This document shows positions 44,085 through 54,130 of a stretch of DNA of 64,000 nt, piece by piece. The DNA is taken from NCBI RefSeq assembly GCF_044647545.1, contig NZ_CP172818.1. One strand, 5' to 3'. The translations under genes and the position numbers were made by a program. Position 1 is the stretch's first letter, and every line of letters starts with the position of its first letter. Under the pieces are notes generated by a model that saw only the letters and a list, made by a program, of their open reading frames with translations, had not been told where the DNA came from and did not search any database. Source of the DNA: Escherichia coli (GTDB lineage: Bacteria; Pseudomonadota; Gammaproteobacteria; Enterobacterales; Enterobacteriaceae).

Positions 44085-45317
44085 TTAGTACAGCAGACGG
44101 GCGCGAATGGTACCCGGAATAGCTTTCATTGCCTGCAGCGCTTTTTCGGCAACGTCTTCGTCGGCTTCAATATCAATAACTACATAACCCATCTGGGCGG
44201 AAGTTTGTAGATATTGCGCGGCGATGTTGACGCCCTGCTCGGCAAAAATTTTGTTGAGCGCAGTTAGCACGCCCGGACGGTTTTCGTGGATGTGCATCAG
44301 ACGACGCCCACCGTGCAGTGGCAGCGAGACTTCCGGGAAGTTCACCGCAGAGAGCGTTGAGCCATTGTCAGAATACTTGATCAATTTACCCGCAACTTCC
44401 AGGCCGATATTCTCCTGCGCTTCCTGAGTCGAACCGCCAATGTGTGGCGTCAGAAGGACGTTGTCGAATTCACACAGCGGAGAGGTAAATGGATCGCTAT
44501 TGGTTGCCGGTTCCGTCGGGAATACGTCGATTGCCGCCCCCGCCAGATGTTTGCTCGCCAGCGCGTCACACAGCGCCGGAATATCCACCACAGTACCGCG
44601 CGAAGCATTAATCAGCAGCGAGCCGGGCTTCATTAGTGAAATCTCTTTCGCACTCATCATATTTTTGGTGGACGGATTCTCTGGTACATGCAGACTCACC
44701 ACATCGCTCATATTCAGCAGGTCAGAAAGATGCTGTACCTGAGTGGCGTTGCCCAGCGGCAGTTTGTTTTCAATATCATAAAAGTAAACATACATTCCCA
44801 GCGATTCAGCCAGAATGCCCAATTGAGTACCAATATGACCATAGCCGATGATACCCAGCTTTTTGCCGCGCGCTTCAAAAGAACCCGCCGCCAGTTTGTT
44901 CCACACGCCACGGTGCGCTTTAGCATTGGCTTCCGGCACGCCGCGCAATAGCAGCAGCAGTTCGCCAATCACCAGCTCCGCAACAGAGCGCGTATTTGAG
45001 AACGGTGCGTTAAATACCGGGATACCGCGTTTTGCCGCCGCATCCAGATCAACCTGGTTTGTTCCGATACAGAAACAGCCAATAGCGACCAGTTTTTCTG
45101 CGGCGTTGATCACGTCTTCAGTCAGATGGGTACGGGATCGCAGGCCGATGAAGTGGGCATCGCGGATGGATTCTTTTAATTGTTCATCATCCAGCGCGCC
45201 TTTGTGAAATTCGATGTTGGTGTAACCCGCTGCACGAAGGCTTTCAAGCGCCTTTTGGTGCACGCCTTCTACCAGCAGAAACTTAATCTTGTCTTTCTCC
45301 AGCGATACCTTTGCCAT
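44085..45317 (-). CDS. serA: D-3-phosphoglycerate dehydrogenase
   Basis: 410-aa ORF with NAD-binding GxGxxG and C-terminal ACT domain. Confidence 0.95.
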   Translation of the reverse strand: MAKVSLEKDKIKFLLVEGVHQKALESLRAAGYTNIEFHKGALDDEQLKESIRDAHFIGLRSRTHLTEDVINAAEKLVAIGCFCIGTNQVDLDAAAKRGIPVFNAPFSNTRSVAELVIGELLLLLRGVPEANAKAHRGVWNKLAAGSFEARGKKLGIIGYGHIGTQLGILAESLGMYVYFYDIENKLPLGNATQVQHLSDLLNMSDVVSLHVPENPSTKNMMSAKEISLMKPGSLLINASRGTVVDIPALCDALASKHLAGAAIDVFPTEPATNSDPFTSPLCEFDNVLLTPHIGGSTQEAQENIGLEVAGKLIKYSDNGSTLSAVNFPEVSLPLHGGRRLMHIHENRPGVLTALNKIFAEQGVNIAAQYLQTSAQMGYVVIDIEADEDVAEKALQAMKAIPGTIRARLLY

Positions 45318-45572
45318 TTACCCAATCCTGTCTTTTGAAATGTTGTGTGCGGATTTGCATCCGCCTTTCAACATATCAAAAAATAATATTGCGGCAATAT
45401 GAACGTTTGCGTCGCGATGTTGAGGAAATATCACGCAAAGGTATTTCTTGGATGAATATGCTGGTTTAGAGGATTTATTTAGAGCAATCGACAATAGCCA
45501 GGTAAAAACGTGACACATGTCACCAAATTTAATGAAGAGAATTTTTTTAACGGGGGAGGTTCCCCCGTCAGA

Positions 45573-46232
45573 TCATTTCACAATGGTTTTGACACCGTCA
45601 GGTGTGCCAATCAGCGCAACGTCCGCGCCACGGTTAGCAAACAAGCCAACAGTCACCACGCCAGGAATCGCATTTATGGCGTTTTCCATCGCTATCGGGT
45701 CAAGGATTTCCATGCCGTGGACGTCGAGGATCACGTTGCCGTTATCGGTCACCACGCCCTGACGGTATTCCGGACGACCGCCCAGTTTCACCAGCTGGCG
45801 CGCCACTGCACTACGTGCCATCGGGATAACTTCTACTGGCAGCGGGAATTTGCCCAGAATATCAACCTGCTTGGAGGCGTCGGCAATACAGATAAATTTT
45901 TCCGCAACCGAAGCAATGATTTTTTCACGGGTCAGCGCCGCGCCGCCGCCTTTGATCATTTGCATGTGGCCGTTGATTTCATCTGCGCCATCAACGTAGA
46001 TGCCAAGGCTGTCGACTTCGTTGAGATCAAAAACGTGAATGCCGAGGCTTTTCAGTTTTTCAGTGGAAGCATCTGAACTGGAAACGGCCCCTTCAATCTG
46101 GCCTTTCATTGTACCGAGCGCGTCAATAAAGTGTGCGGCGGTGGAACCTGTACCTACACCAACAATGGTGCCGGGCTGAACATACTGAAGTGCCGCCCAT
46201 CCTACTGCTTTTTTCAATTCATCCTGGGTCAT
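45573..46232 (-). CDS. rpiA: ribose-5-phosphate isomerase A
   Basis: 219-aa product from the [10 protein letters not shown] start. Confidence 0.95.
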
Positions 46233-46287
46233 GATCGTTTCGCCTGTGGTATGAAATTTCACACGCATTATATACAAAAAAAGCGAT

Positions 46288-46518
46288 TCAGACCCCGTTG
46301 GCAAGCCGCGTGGTTAACTCATCCATAAAATATCGCGCAATGGCGGGCATCCCCTTTCGCCCGGCAAATAAAGCATACAACGGTCTGGGTATGCCGCTCC
46401 ACGGTGCAAACAGGCGCACCAGTTCACCGTTCGCAAGCCCCTGTTTACAGGCAAATTGAGGCAATAACGCCACGCCATTCAACCCAACCGGGACGCGAAC
46501 TCGCCGAGCAAAATGCAT
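46288..46518 (-). pseudogene. yqfE: LysR-family regulator remnant (C-terminal fragment only)
   Basis: 76-codon frame resembling the C-terminal co-inducer domain of a LysR regulator; no N-terminal HTH region upstream. Confidence 0.6.
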
Positions 46519-46584
46519 TAGCGCAAATCCCTGATCTTATTACACAAGTATTTAATCATTATCTTTAATATAAAAGGAGTTATT

Positions 46585-46845
46585 ATGTCTATTAAGCAAA
46601 ATTTATTTGCCGCATTATTTCTTTGCACTCTCACAGGACACGCATTTGCCGCAACCGAGATACACAAACCGGACAATAATCTTGAACAGTTATCAAAAGT
46701 GAGCATGTCCACACACAATAGCAATCCAGCGGGCGTTGAAAGCCAAATCAAAAGAGAAAGCGGAAGAGTTACAAGCCAGCAATTACTACATCAGTTCTTT
46801 CTCCGTAAAAATTATATCCACGCCACTGTAATTTTCTATAAATAG
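46585..46845 (+). CDS. hypothetical small secreted protein (86 aa, predicted signal peptide)
   Basis: ATG preceded by strong RBS AAAAGGAG; N-terminal hydrophobic stretch ending in AFA; AT-rich; no recognised homolog. Confidence 0.4.
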   Translation: MSIKQNLFAALFLCTLTGHAFAATEIHKPDNNLEQLSKVSMSTHNSNPAGVESQIKRESGRVTSQQLLHQFFLRKNYIHATVIFYK

Positions 46846-47528
46846 CCCCTCTGTTTAACGGAAGCATGGAATTATTCCATGCTCCTCTGCCAAAATGAAA
46901 TAAAAAATGAAAAAAGCTAATCTTACAGGTACGTTGGTTTGCTTTGTCGCATGCCTTATTTTTTTGTCGTCCGGTGATATTTTTCGTGAAAAGCCAATCG
47001 CTCTAATATGGTTCCTTCGACAAAACATACTCTTTTTTACGGGAACTCTTGCGTGGTGTCTGATGACGCTGACGATGTGTTTATCGTTGCGTTCATCATG
47101 GCTTAACAAAGTGCTGGGCGGTCTGGATAAAGTATGGCGAATCACATAAGTGGGCAGGAATATGCGCCATAGCGTTTGCTTTCGCCCACTGGCTGGATGA
47201 AAAATTACCCCAGTTATTCGTCGCCTTTGGCTGGCTTACTCACCCTGGTAAAATCGTTGATATTAACCTGACGCCAGTACAAGAAAATTGGCTTCATGCG
47301 GGACTGTTAGCGGGTGAATGCGCAATGTTTATTATTATAGCGATGGTTTGCGTATCTCTTAGCAAAAGAGTTCCCTATCATTTATTTCATCTTGTTCACC
47401 GTTTGTTCCCCGTCTTTTATCTGGCAATTGCCTTTCATGTGTTTACTGCTTTGTTTAAATCATACTGGTGGAACTCCTGCTGCGTATTTATTAATTTTAA
47501 TTACTATTCCGGGCGTCTTTGCGGCTTT

Positions 47529-47537
47529 CATTTCGCT
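47529..47537. repeat. IS1 target-site duplication, left copy (CATTTCGCT)
   Basis: Identical 9-mer directly flanks both IS1 ends. Confidence 0.8.
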
Positions 47538-47552
47538 GGTAATGACTCCAAC

Positions 47553-47942
47553 TTACTGATAGTGTTTTATGTTCAGATAATGCCCGATGACTTTGTCATG
47601 CAGCTCCACCGATTTTGAGAACGACAGTGACTTCCGTCCCAGCCTTGCCAGATGTTGTCTCAGATTCAGGTTATGTCGCTCAATGCGCTGAGTGTAACGC
47701 TTGCTGATTACGTGCAGCTTTCCCTTCAGGCGGGATTCATACAGCGGCCAGCCATCCGTCATCCATACCACGACCTCAAAGGCCGACAGCAGGCTCAGAA
47801 GACGCTCCAGTGTGGCCAGAGTGCGTTCACCGAAGACGTGCCACAACCGTCCTCCGTATCCTGTCATACGCGTAAAACAGCCAGCGCTGACGTGATTTAG
47901 CACCGACGTAGCCCCACTGTTCGTCCATTTCAGCGCAGACAA
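47553..47942 (-). CDS. insB: IS1 InsB-like transposase C-terminal ORF
   Basis: 129 aa ending ...[54 protein letters not shown]; overlaps the insA-like ORF in a different frame. Confidence 0.7.
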   Translation of the reverse strand: MSALKWTNSGATSVLNHVSAGCFTRMTGYGGRLWHVFGERTLATLERLLSLLSAFEVVVWMTDGWPLYESRLKGKLHVISKRYTQRIERHNLNLRQHLARLGRKSLSFSKSVELHDKVIGHYLNIKHYQ

Positions 47943-48252
47943 TCACATCACTGCCCGGCTGTATGCGCGAGGTTACCGACTGCGGCCTGAGTTTTTTAAT
48001 AAAGTGACGTAAAATCGTGTTGAGGCCAACGCCCATAATGCGGGCGGTCGCCCGGCATCCAACACCATTCATGGCCATATCAATGATTTTCTGGTGTGTA
48101 CCGGGTTGAGAAGCGGTGTAAGTGAACTGCAGTTGCCATGTTTTACGGCAGTGAGAGCAGAGATAGCGCTGATGTCCGGCAGTACTTTTACCGTTACGCA
48201 CCACGCCTTCAGTAGCTGAGCAGGAGGGACAACTGATGGAGATGGAAGCCAC
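47827..48252 (-). CDS. insA: IS1 InsA-like ORF, continuing in frame into the N-terminal part of InsB (141 aa)
   Basis: Starts [40 protein letters not shown] (InsA zinc-finger/HTH) and runs past the usual A6C slippery region. Confidence 0.7.
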   Translation of the reverse strand: MASISISCPSCSATEGVVRNGKSTAGHQRYLCSHCRKTWQLQFTYTASQPGTHQKIIDMAMNGVGCRATARIMGVGLNTILRHFIKKLRPQSVTSRIQPGSDVIVCAEMDEQWGYVGAKSRQRWLFYAYDRIRRTVVARLR

Positions 48253-48307
48253 GGGAGCACCTCAAAAACACCATCATACACTAAATCAGTAAGTTGGCAC
48301 CATTACC

Positions 48308-48316
48308 CATTTCGCT
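48308..48316. repeat. IS1 target-site duplication, right copy (CATTTCGCT)
   Basis: Identical 9-mer directly flanks both IS1 ends. Confidence 0.8.
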
Positions 48317-49082
48317 GCTGAAATTCAAACGGTAGTAAAAACAAGCATCAGGCTACCATTAAAAACATTGTTAACCATCCAGGACAAATTACCGAAGTCA
48401 CCCTGGAACTGGAACATGCCATCGACTATTCTCCGGGGCAGTTTGCATTCTTAACGTTCGCACACAGTAAAGAATCTCACCCTTTTACTATCGCTTCATA
48501 CACCAAAGAGAAGAACACGTTGCGCTTTGCCATCAAAAATTTAGGGGATTATACCTCTACCCTTGCATCCTCGATAAAAATCGGCCAGTCCGCCTTCGTT
48601 GAAGGGCCATGGGGAAAGTTTGATTTAGACTCTCCCTTGCTCCCACCAGGTCTGGATAGCAGGAGGCATCGGCATTACCCCCTTTATCGCCCAGCTTGAG
48701 TATCGTAAACATCATGGCGCGTCCTCTGTTCCTGTGGATCTCTGGTATTACGTCAGCCGAAGCGAGGATGCCTGGTATGTTGATAAACTGACCTCACTTT
48801 GTGCCCAGGCCAGGGTCACACTGCATCTGCTTGATGCGCATAAAGGTGAGCGCCTACAGGCGCACTATCTTACTGATAAAATAGCAAATAAAGGTGACAC
48901 CCATTTCTGGTTTTGCGGCCCACAGAGTTTTGCCAAAGCGCTCAGCAAAGGGTTATATGAAAATGGGATTGCCAGCCAAAACTTCCATTACGACCGTTTT
49001 TGTATGCGTTAAATGCTCTGTACCCAACGCAAAATTGTGTCATAGTGCAGGAAAAAGCATTTACCAGGAGCAGACAACAGCA

Positions 49083-49976
49083 ATGAAACGCCCGGACTAC
49101 AGAACATTACAGGCACTGGATGCGGTGATACGTGAACGAGGATTTGAACGCGCGGCACAAAAGCTGTGCATTACACAATCAGCCGTCTCACAGCGCATTA
49201 AGCAACTGGAAAATATGTTCGGGCAGCCGCTGTTGGTGCGTACCGTACCGCCGCGCCCGACAGAACAAGGGCAAAAACTGCTGGCACTGCTACGCCAGGT
49301 GGAGTTGCTGGAAGAAGAGTGGCTGGGCGATGAACAAACCGGTTCGACTCCGCTGCTGCTTTCACTGGCGGTCAACGCCGACAGTCTGGCGACGTGGTTG
49401 CTTCCGGCGCTGGCTCCTGTGTTGGCTGATTCGCCTATCCGCCTCAACTTGCAGGTAGAAGATGAAACCCGCACTCAGGAACGTCTGCGCCGCGGCGAAG
49501 TGGTCGGCGCGGTGAGTATTCAACATCAGGCGCTGCCGAGTTGCCTTGTCGATAAGCTCGGTGCGCTTGACTATCTGTTCGTCAGCTCAAAACCGTTTGC
49601 CGAAAAATATTTCCCTAACGGCGTAACGCGTTCGGCATTATTGAAAGCACCTGTGGTCGCCTTTGACCATCTTGACGATATGCACCAGGCCTTTTTGCAG
49701 CAAAACTTCGATCTGCCCCCAGGCAGCGTACCGTGCCATATCGTTAATTCTTCAGAAGCGTTCGTACAACTTGCTCGCCAGGGCACCACCTGCTGTATGA
49801 TCCCGCACCTGCAAATCGAGAAAGAACTGGCCAGCGGCGAACTGATTGACTTAACGCCGGGGCTATTTCAACGCCGGATGCTCTACTGGCACCGCTTTGC
49901 TCCTGAAAGCCGCATGATGCGTAAAGTCACTGATGCGTTGCTCGATTATGGTCACAAAGTCCTTCGTCAGGATTAA
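49083..49976 (+). CDS. argP: LysR-type transcriptional regulator ArgP (IciA)
   Basis: 297-aa product from the [15 protein letters not shown] start; the 360-aa track ORF is an upstream extension. Confidence 0.93.
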
Positions 49977-50179
49977 TCCATCAAATAATGCCTGATAGCA
50001 CATATCAGGCGTTATCCTCACTTCTTTTTGTATTCCTTGAATCACATCACAAAATAGACAAATCTCAGGCGGCAAAAAACGACGTCTGAATGCATTTTTT
50101 TTGCTGGCGACAAACCCACGTAAAAAGCTCACCGTAAGCGCAAATACCCTCATTTTGATTGCGTTTTACGGAGCAAATA

Positions 50180-52323
50180 ATGTCTAACGTGCAGGAGTGG
50201 CAACAGCTTGCCAACAAGGAATTGAGCCGTCGGGAGAAAACTGTCGACTCGCTGGTTCAGCAAACCGCGGAAGGGATCGCCATCAAGCCGCTGTATACCG
50301 AAGCCGATCTCGATAATCTGGAGGTGACAGGTACCCTTCCTGGTTTGCCCCCTACGTTCGTGGCCCGCGTGCCACTATGTATACCGCCCAACCGTGGACC
50401 ATCCGTCAGTATGCTGGTTTTTCAACAGCAAAAGAGTCCAACGCTTTTTATCGCCGTAACCTGGCCGCCGGGCAAAAAGGTCTTTCCGTTGCGTTTGACC
50501 TTGCCACCCACCGAGGCTACGACTCCGATAACCCGCGCGTGGCGGGCGACGTCGGCAAAGCGGGCGTTGCTATCGACACCGTGGAAGATATGAAAGTCCT
50601 GTTCGACCAGATCCCGCTGGATAAAATGTCGGTTTCGATGACCATGAATGGCGCAGTACTACCAGTACTGGCGTTTTATATTGTCGCCGCAGAAGAGCAA
50701 GGTGTTACACCCGATAAACTGACCGGCACCATTCAAAACGATATCCTCAAAGAGTATCTTTGCCGCAACACCTATATTTACCCGCCAAAACCGTCAATGC
50801 GTATTATCGCAGACATCATCGCCTGGTGTTCCGGCAACATGCCGCGATTTAATACCATCAGTATCAGCGGTTACCATATGGGTGAAGCGGGTGCCAACTG
50901 CGTGCAGCAGGTAGCATTTACGCTCGCTGATGGGATTGAGTACATCAAAGCAGCAATCTCCGCCGGGCTGAAAATTGATGACTTCGCTCCTCGCCTGTCG
51001 TTCTTCTTCGGCATTGGCATGGATCTGTTTATGAACGTCGCCATGTTGCGTGCGGCACGTTATTTATGGAGCGAAGCGGTCAGTGGATTTGGCGCACAGG
51101 ATCCGAAATCACTGGCGCTGCGTACCCACTGCCAGACCTCAGGCTGGAGCCTGACTGAACAGGATCCGTATAACAACGTTATACGCACCACCATTGAAGC
51201 ACTGGCTGCAACGCTGGGCGGTACTCAGTCACTGCATACCAACGCCTTTGATGAAGCGCTTGGTTTGCCTACCGATTTCTCAGCACGCATTGCCCGCAAT
51301 ACCCAGATCATCATTCAGGAAGAATCAGAACTCTGCCGCACCGTCGATCCACTGGCCGGATCCTATTACGTTGAATCGCTGACCGATCAAATCGTCAAAC
51401 AAGCCAGAGCCATTATCCAACAGATCGACGAAGCCGGTGGCATGGCGAAAGCGATCGAAGCAGGTCTGCCAAAACGAATGATCGAAGAGGCCTCAGCGCG
51501 CGAACAGTCGTTGATCGACCAGGGCAAGCGTGTCATCGTTGGTGTCAACAAGTACAAACTGGATCACGAAGACGAAACCGATGTACTTGAGATCGACAAC
51601 GTGATGGTGCGTAACGAGCAAATTGCTTCGCTGGAACGCATTCGCGCCACCCGTGATGATGCCGCCGTAACCGCCGCGTTGAACGCCCTGACTCACGCCG
51701 CACAGCATAACGAAAACCTGCTGGCTGCCGCTGTTAATGCCGCTCGCGTTCGCGCAACGCTTGGTGAAATTTCCGATGCACTGGAAGCGGCATTTGACCG
51801 TTATCTGGTGCCAAGCCAGTGTGTTACCGGCGTGATTGCGCAAAGCTATCATCAGTCTGAGAAATCGGCCACCGAGTTCGATGCCATTGTTGCGCAAACG
51901 GAGCAGTTCCTTGCCGACAATGGTCGTCGCCCGCGCATTCTGATCGCCAAAATGGGCCAGGATGGGCACGATCGCGGCGCGAAAGTGATCGCCAGCGCCT
52001 ATTCCGATCTCGGTTTCGACGTAGATTTAAGCCCGATGTTCTCTACACCTGAAGAGATCGCCCGCCTGGCAGTAGAAAACGACGTTCACGTAGTGGGCGC
52101 ATCTTCACTGGCTGCCGGTCATAAAACGCTGATCCCGGAACTGGTCGAAGCGCTGAAAAAATGGGGACGCGAAGATATCTGCGTGGTCGCGGGTGGCGTC
52201 ATTCCGCCGCAGGATTACGCCTTCCTGCAGGAGCGCGGCGTGGCGGCGATTTATGGTCCAGGTACGCCTATGCTCGACAGCGTGCGCGACGTACTGAATC
52301 TGATAAGCCAGCATCATGATTAA
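50180..52323 (+). pseudogene. scpA: methylmalonyl-CoA mutase ScpA (Sbm) with a 1-nt frameshift near 50348-50352
   Basis: First 57 codons in one frame (ORF 50159-50593), the rest including the conserved [22 protein letters not shown] in the -1 frame (ORF 50377-52323); span is 1 nt short of a 714-aa ORF; C-terminal B12-binding region present. Confidence 0.75.
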
Positions 52324-53311
52324 TGAAGCCACGCTGGCAGAAAGTATTCGCCGCTTACGTCAGGGTGAGCGTGCCACGCTCGCCCAGGCCATGACGCTGG
52401 TGGAAAGCCGTCACCCGCGTCATCAGGCGCTAAGTACGCAACTGCTTGATGCCATTATGCCGTTCTGTGGTAACGCCCTGCGACTGGGTGTTACCGGCAC
52501 ACCCGGCGCGGGGAAAAGTACCTTTCTTGAAGCCTTTGGCATGTTGTTGATTCGTGAGGGACTAAAGGTTGCGGTTATTGCGGTCGATCCCAGCAGCCCG
52601 GTCACTGGCGGTAGCATTCTCGGAGATAAAACCCGCATGAATGATCTGGCGCGTGCCGAGGCGGCGTTTATTCGCCCGGTACCCTCCTCCGGTCATCTGG
52701 GCGGTGCCAGTCAGCGAGCGCGGGAATTAATGCTGTTATGCGAAGCGGCGGGTTATGACGTAGTGATTGTCGAAACGGTTGGCGTCGGACAGTCGGAAAC
52801 GGAAGTCGCCCGCATGGTGGACTGTTTTATCTCGTTGCAAATTGCCGGTGGCGGCGATGATCTGCAGGGCATTAAAAAGGGGCTGATGGAAGTGGCAGAT
52901 CTGATCGTTATCAACAAAGACGATGGCGATAACCATACCAATGTCGCCATTGCCCAGCATATGTACGAGAGTGCCCTGCATATTCTGCGACACAAATACG
53001 ACGAATGGCAGCCACGGGTTCTGACTTGTAGCGCACTGGAAAAACGTGGAATCAATGAGATCTGGCACGCCATCATCGACTTCAAAACCGCGCTAACTGC
53101 CAGTGGTCGTTTGCAACAAGTACGGCAACAACAATCAGTGGAATGGCTGCGTAAACAAACCGAAGAAGAAGTACTGAATCACCTGTTCGCGAATGAAGAT
53201 TTCGATCGCTATTACCGCCAGACGCTTTTAGCGGTCAAAAACAATACGCTCTCACCGCGCACCGGCCTGCGACAGCTCAGTGAATTTATCCAGACGCAAT
53301 ATTTTGATTAA
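52316..53311 (+). CDS. argK: methylmalonyl-CoA mutase-associated G-protein (MeaB-like GTPase)
   Basis: 331-aa ORF with P-loop GTPGAGKST; overlaps scpA stop by 8 bp. Confidence 0.92.
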   Translation: MINEATLAESIRRLRQGERATLAQAMTLVESRHPRHQALSTQLLDAIMPFCGNALRLGVTGTPGAGKSTFLEAFGMLLIREGLKVAVIAVDPSSPVTGGSILGDKTRMNDLARAEAAFIRPVPSSGHLGGASQRARELMLLCEAAGYDVVIVETVGVGQSETEVARMVDCFISLQIAGGGDDLQGIKKGLMEVADLIVINKDDGDNHTNVAIAQHMYESALHILRHKYDEWQPRVLTCSALEKRGINEIWHAIIDFKTALTASGRLQQVRQQQSVEWLRKQTEEEVLNHLFANEDFDRYYRQTLLAVKNNTLSPRTGLRQLSEFIQTQYFD

Positions 53312-53321
53312 AGGAATTTTT

Positions 53322-54107
53322 ATGTCTTATCAGTATGTGAACGTTGTCACTATCAACAAAGTGGCGGTCATTGAGTTTAACTATGGCCGAAAACTTAATG
53401 CCTTAAGTAAAGTCTTTATTGATGATCTTATGCAGGCATTAAGCGATCTCAACCGGCCGGAAATTCGCTGTATCATTTTGCGCGCGCCGAGTGGATCCAA
53501 AGTCTTCTCCGCAGGTCACGATATTCACGAACTGCCGTCTGGCGGTCGCGATCCGCTCTCCTATGATGATCCGTTGCGTCAAATCACCCGCATGATCCAA
53601 AAATTCCCGAAACCGATCATTTCGATGGTGGAAGGTAGTGTTTGGGGTGGCGCATTTGAAATGATCATGAGTTCCGATCTGATTATCGCCGCCAGTACCT
53701 CAACCTTCTCAATGACACCTGTAAACCTCGGTGTCCCGTATAACCTGGTCGGCATTCACAATCTGACCCGCGACGCGGGCTTCCACATTGTCAAAGAGCT
53801 GATTTTTACCGCTTCGCCAATCACCGCCCAGCGCGCGCTGGCTGTCGGCATCCTCAACCATGTTGTGGAAGTGGAAGAACTGGAAGATTTCACCTTACAA
53901 ATGGCGCACCACATCTCTGAGAAAGCGCCGTTAGCCATTGCCGTTATCAAAGAAGAGCTGCGTGTACTGGGCGAAGCGCACACCATGAACTCCGATGAAT
54001 TTGAACGTATTCAGGGGATGCGCCGCGCGGTTTATGACAGCGAAGACTACCAGGAAGGGATGAACGCTTTCCTCGAAAAACGTAAACCTAATTTCGTTGG
54101 TCATTAA
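53322..54107 (+). CDS. scpB: methylmalonyl-CoA decarboxylase (crotonase fold)
   Basis: 261-aa product from the MSYQYVNVVTINK start. Confidence 0.92.
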   Translation: MSYQYVNVVTINKVAVIEFNYGRKLNALSKVFIDDLMQALSDLNRPEIRCIILRAPSGSKVFSAGHDIHELPSGGRDPLSYDDPLRQITRMIQKFPKPIISMVEGSVWGGAFEMIMSSDLIIAASTSTFSMTPVNLGVPYNLVGIHNLTRDAGFHIVKELIFTASPITAQRALAVGILNHVVEVEELEDFTLQMAHHISEKAPLAIAVIKEELRVLGEAHTMNSDEFERIQGMRRAVYDSEDYQEGMNAFLEKRKPNFVGH

Positions 54108-54130
54108 TCCCTGCGAACGAAGGAGTTAAA

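Larger units (their letters stand above)
47538..48307 (-). mobile_element. IS1-family insertion sequence (about 770 bp)
   Basis: Ends GGTAATGACTCCAACTTACTGAT... and ...ATCAGTAAGTTGGCACCATTACC match the IS1 terminal inverted repeats; InsA/InsB-like ORFs inside; flanked by 9-bp direct repeat. Confidence 0.9.
46907..49012 (+). pseudogene. ferric-reductase-like transmembrane flavocytochrome, disrupted by IS1 and by at least three frameshifts
   Basis: Pieces in different frames: N-terminal TM part (46907-47149), TM part with His-rich helices (47073-47537), FAD part with HPFTIAS (48322-48650), NAD part with GGIGITPF to stop 49012; IS1 inserted at 47538. Confidence 0.6.

Noticed and set aside
50159-50593. 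144-aa ORF as an independent gene
   Set aside because: Its first 57 codons are the true scpA N-terminus; the rest is out-of-frame translation of scpA after the 1-nt shift.
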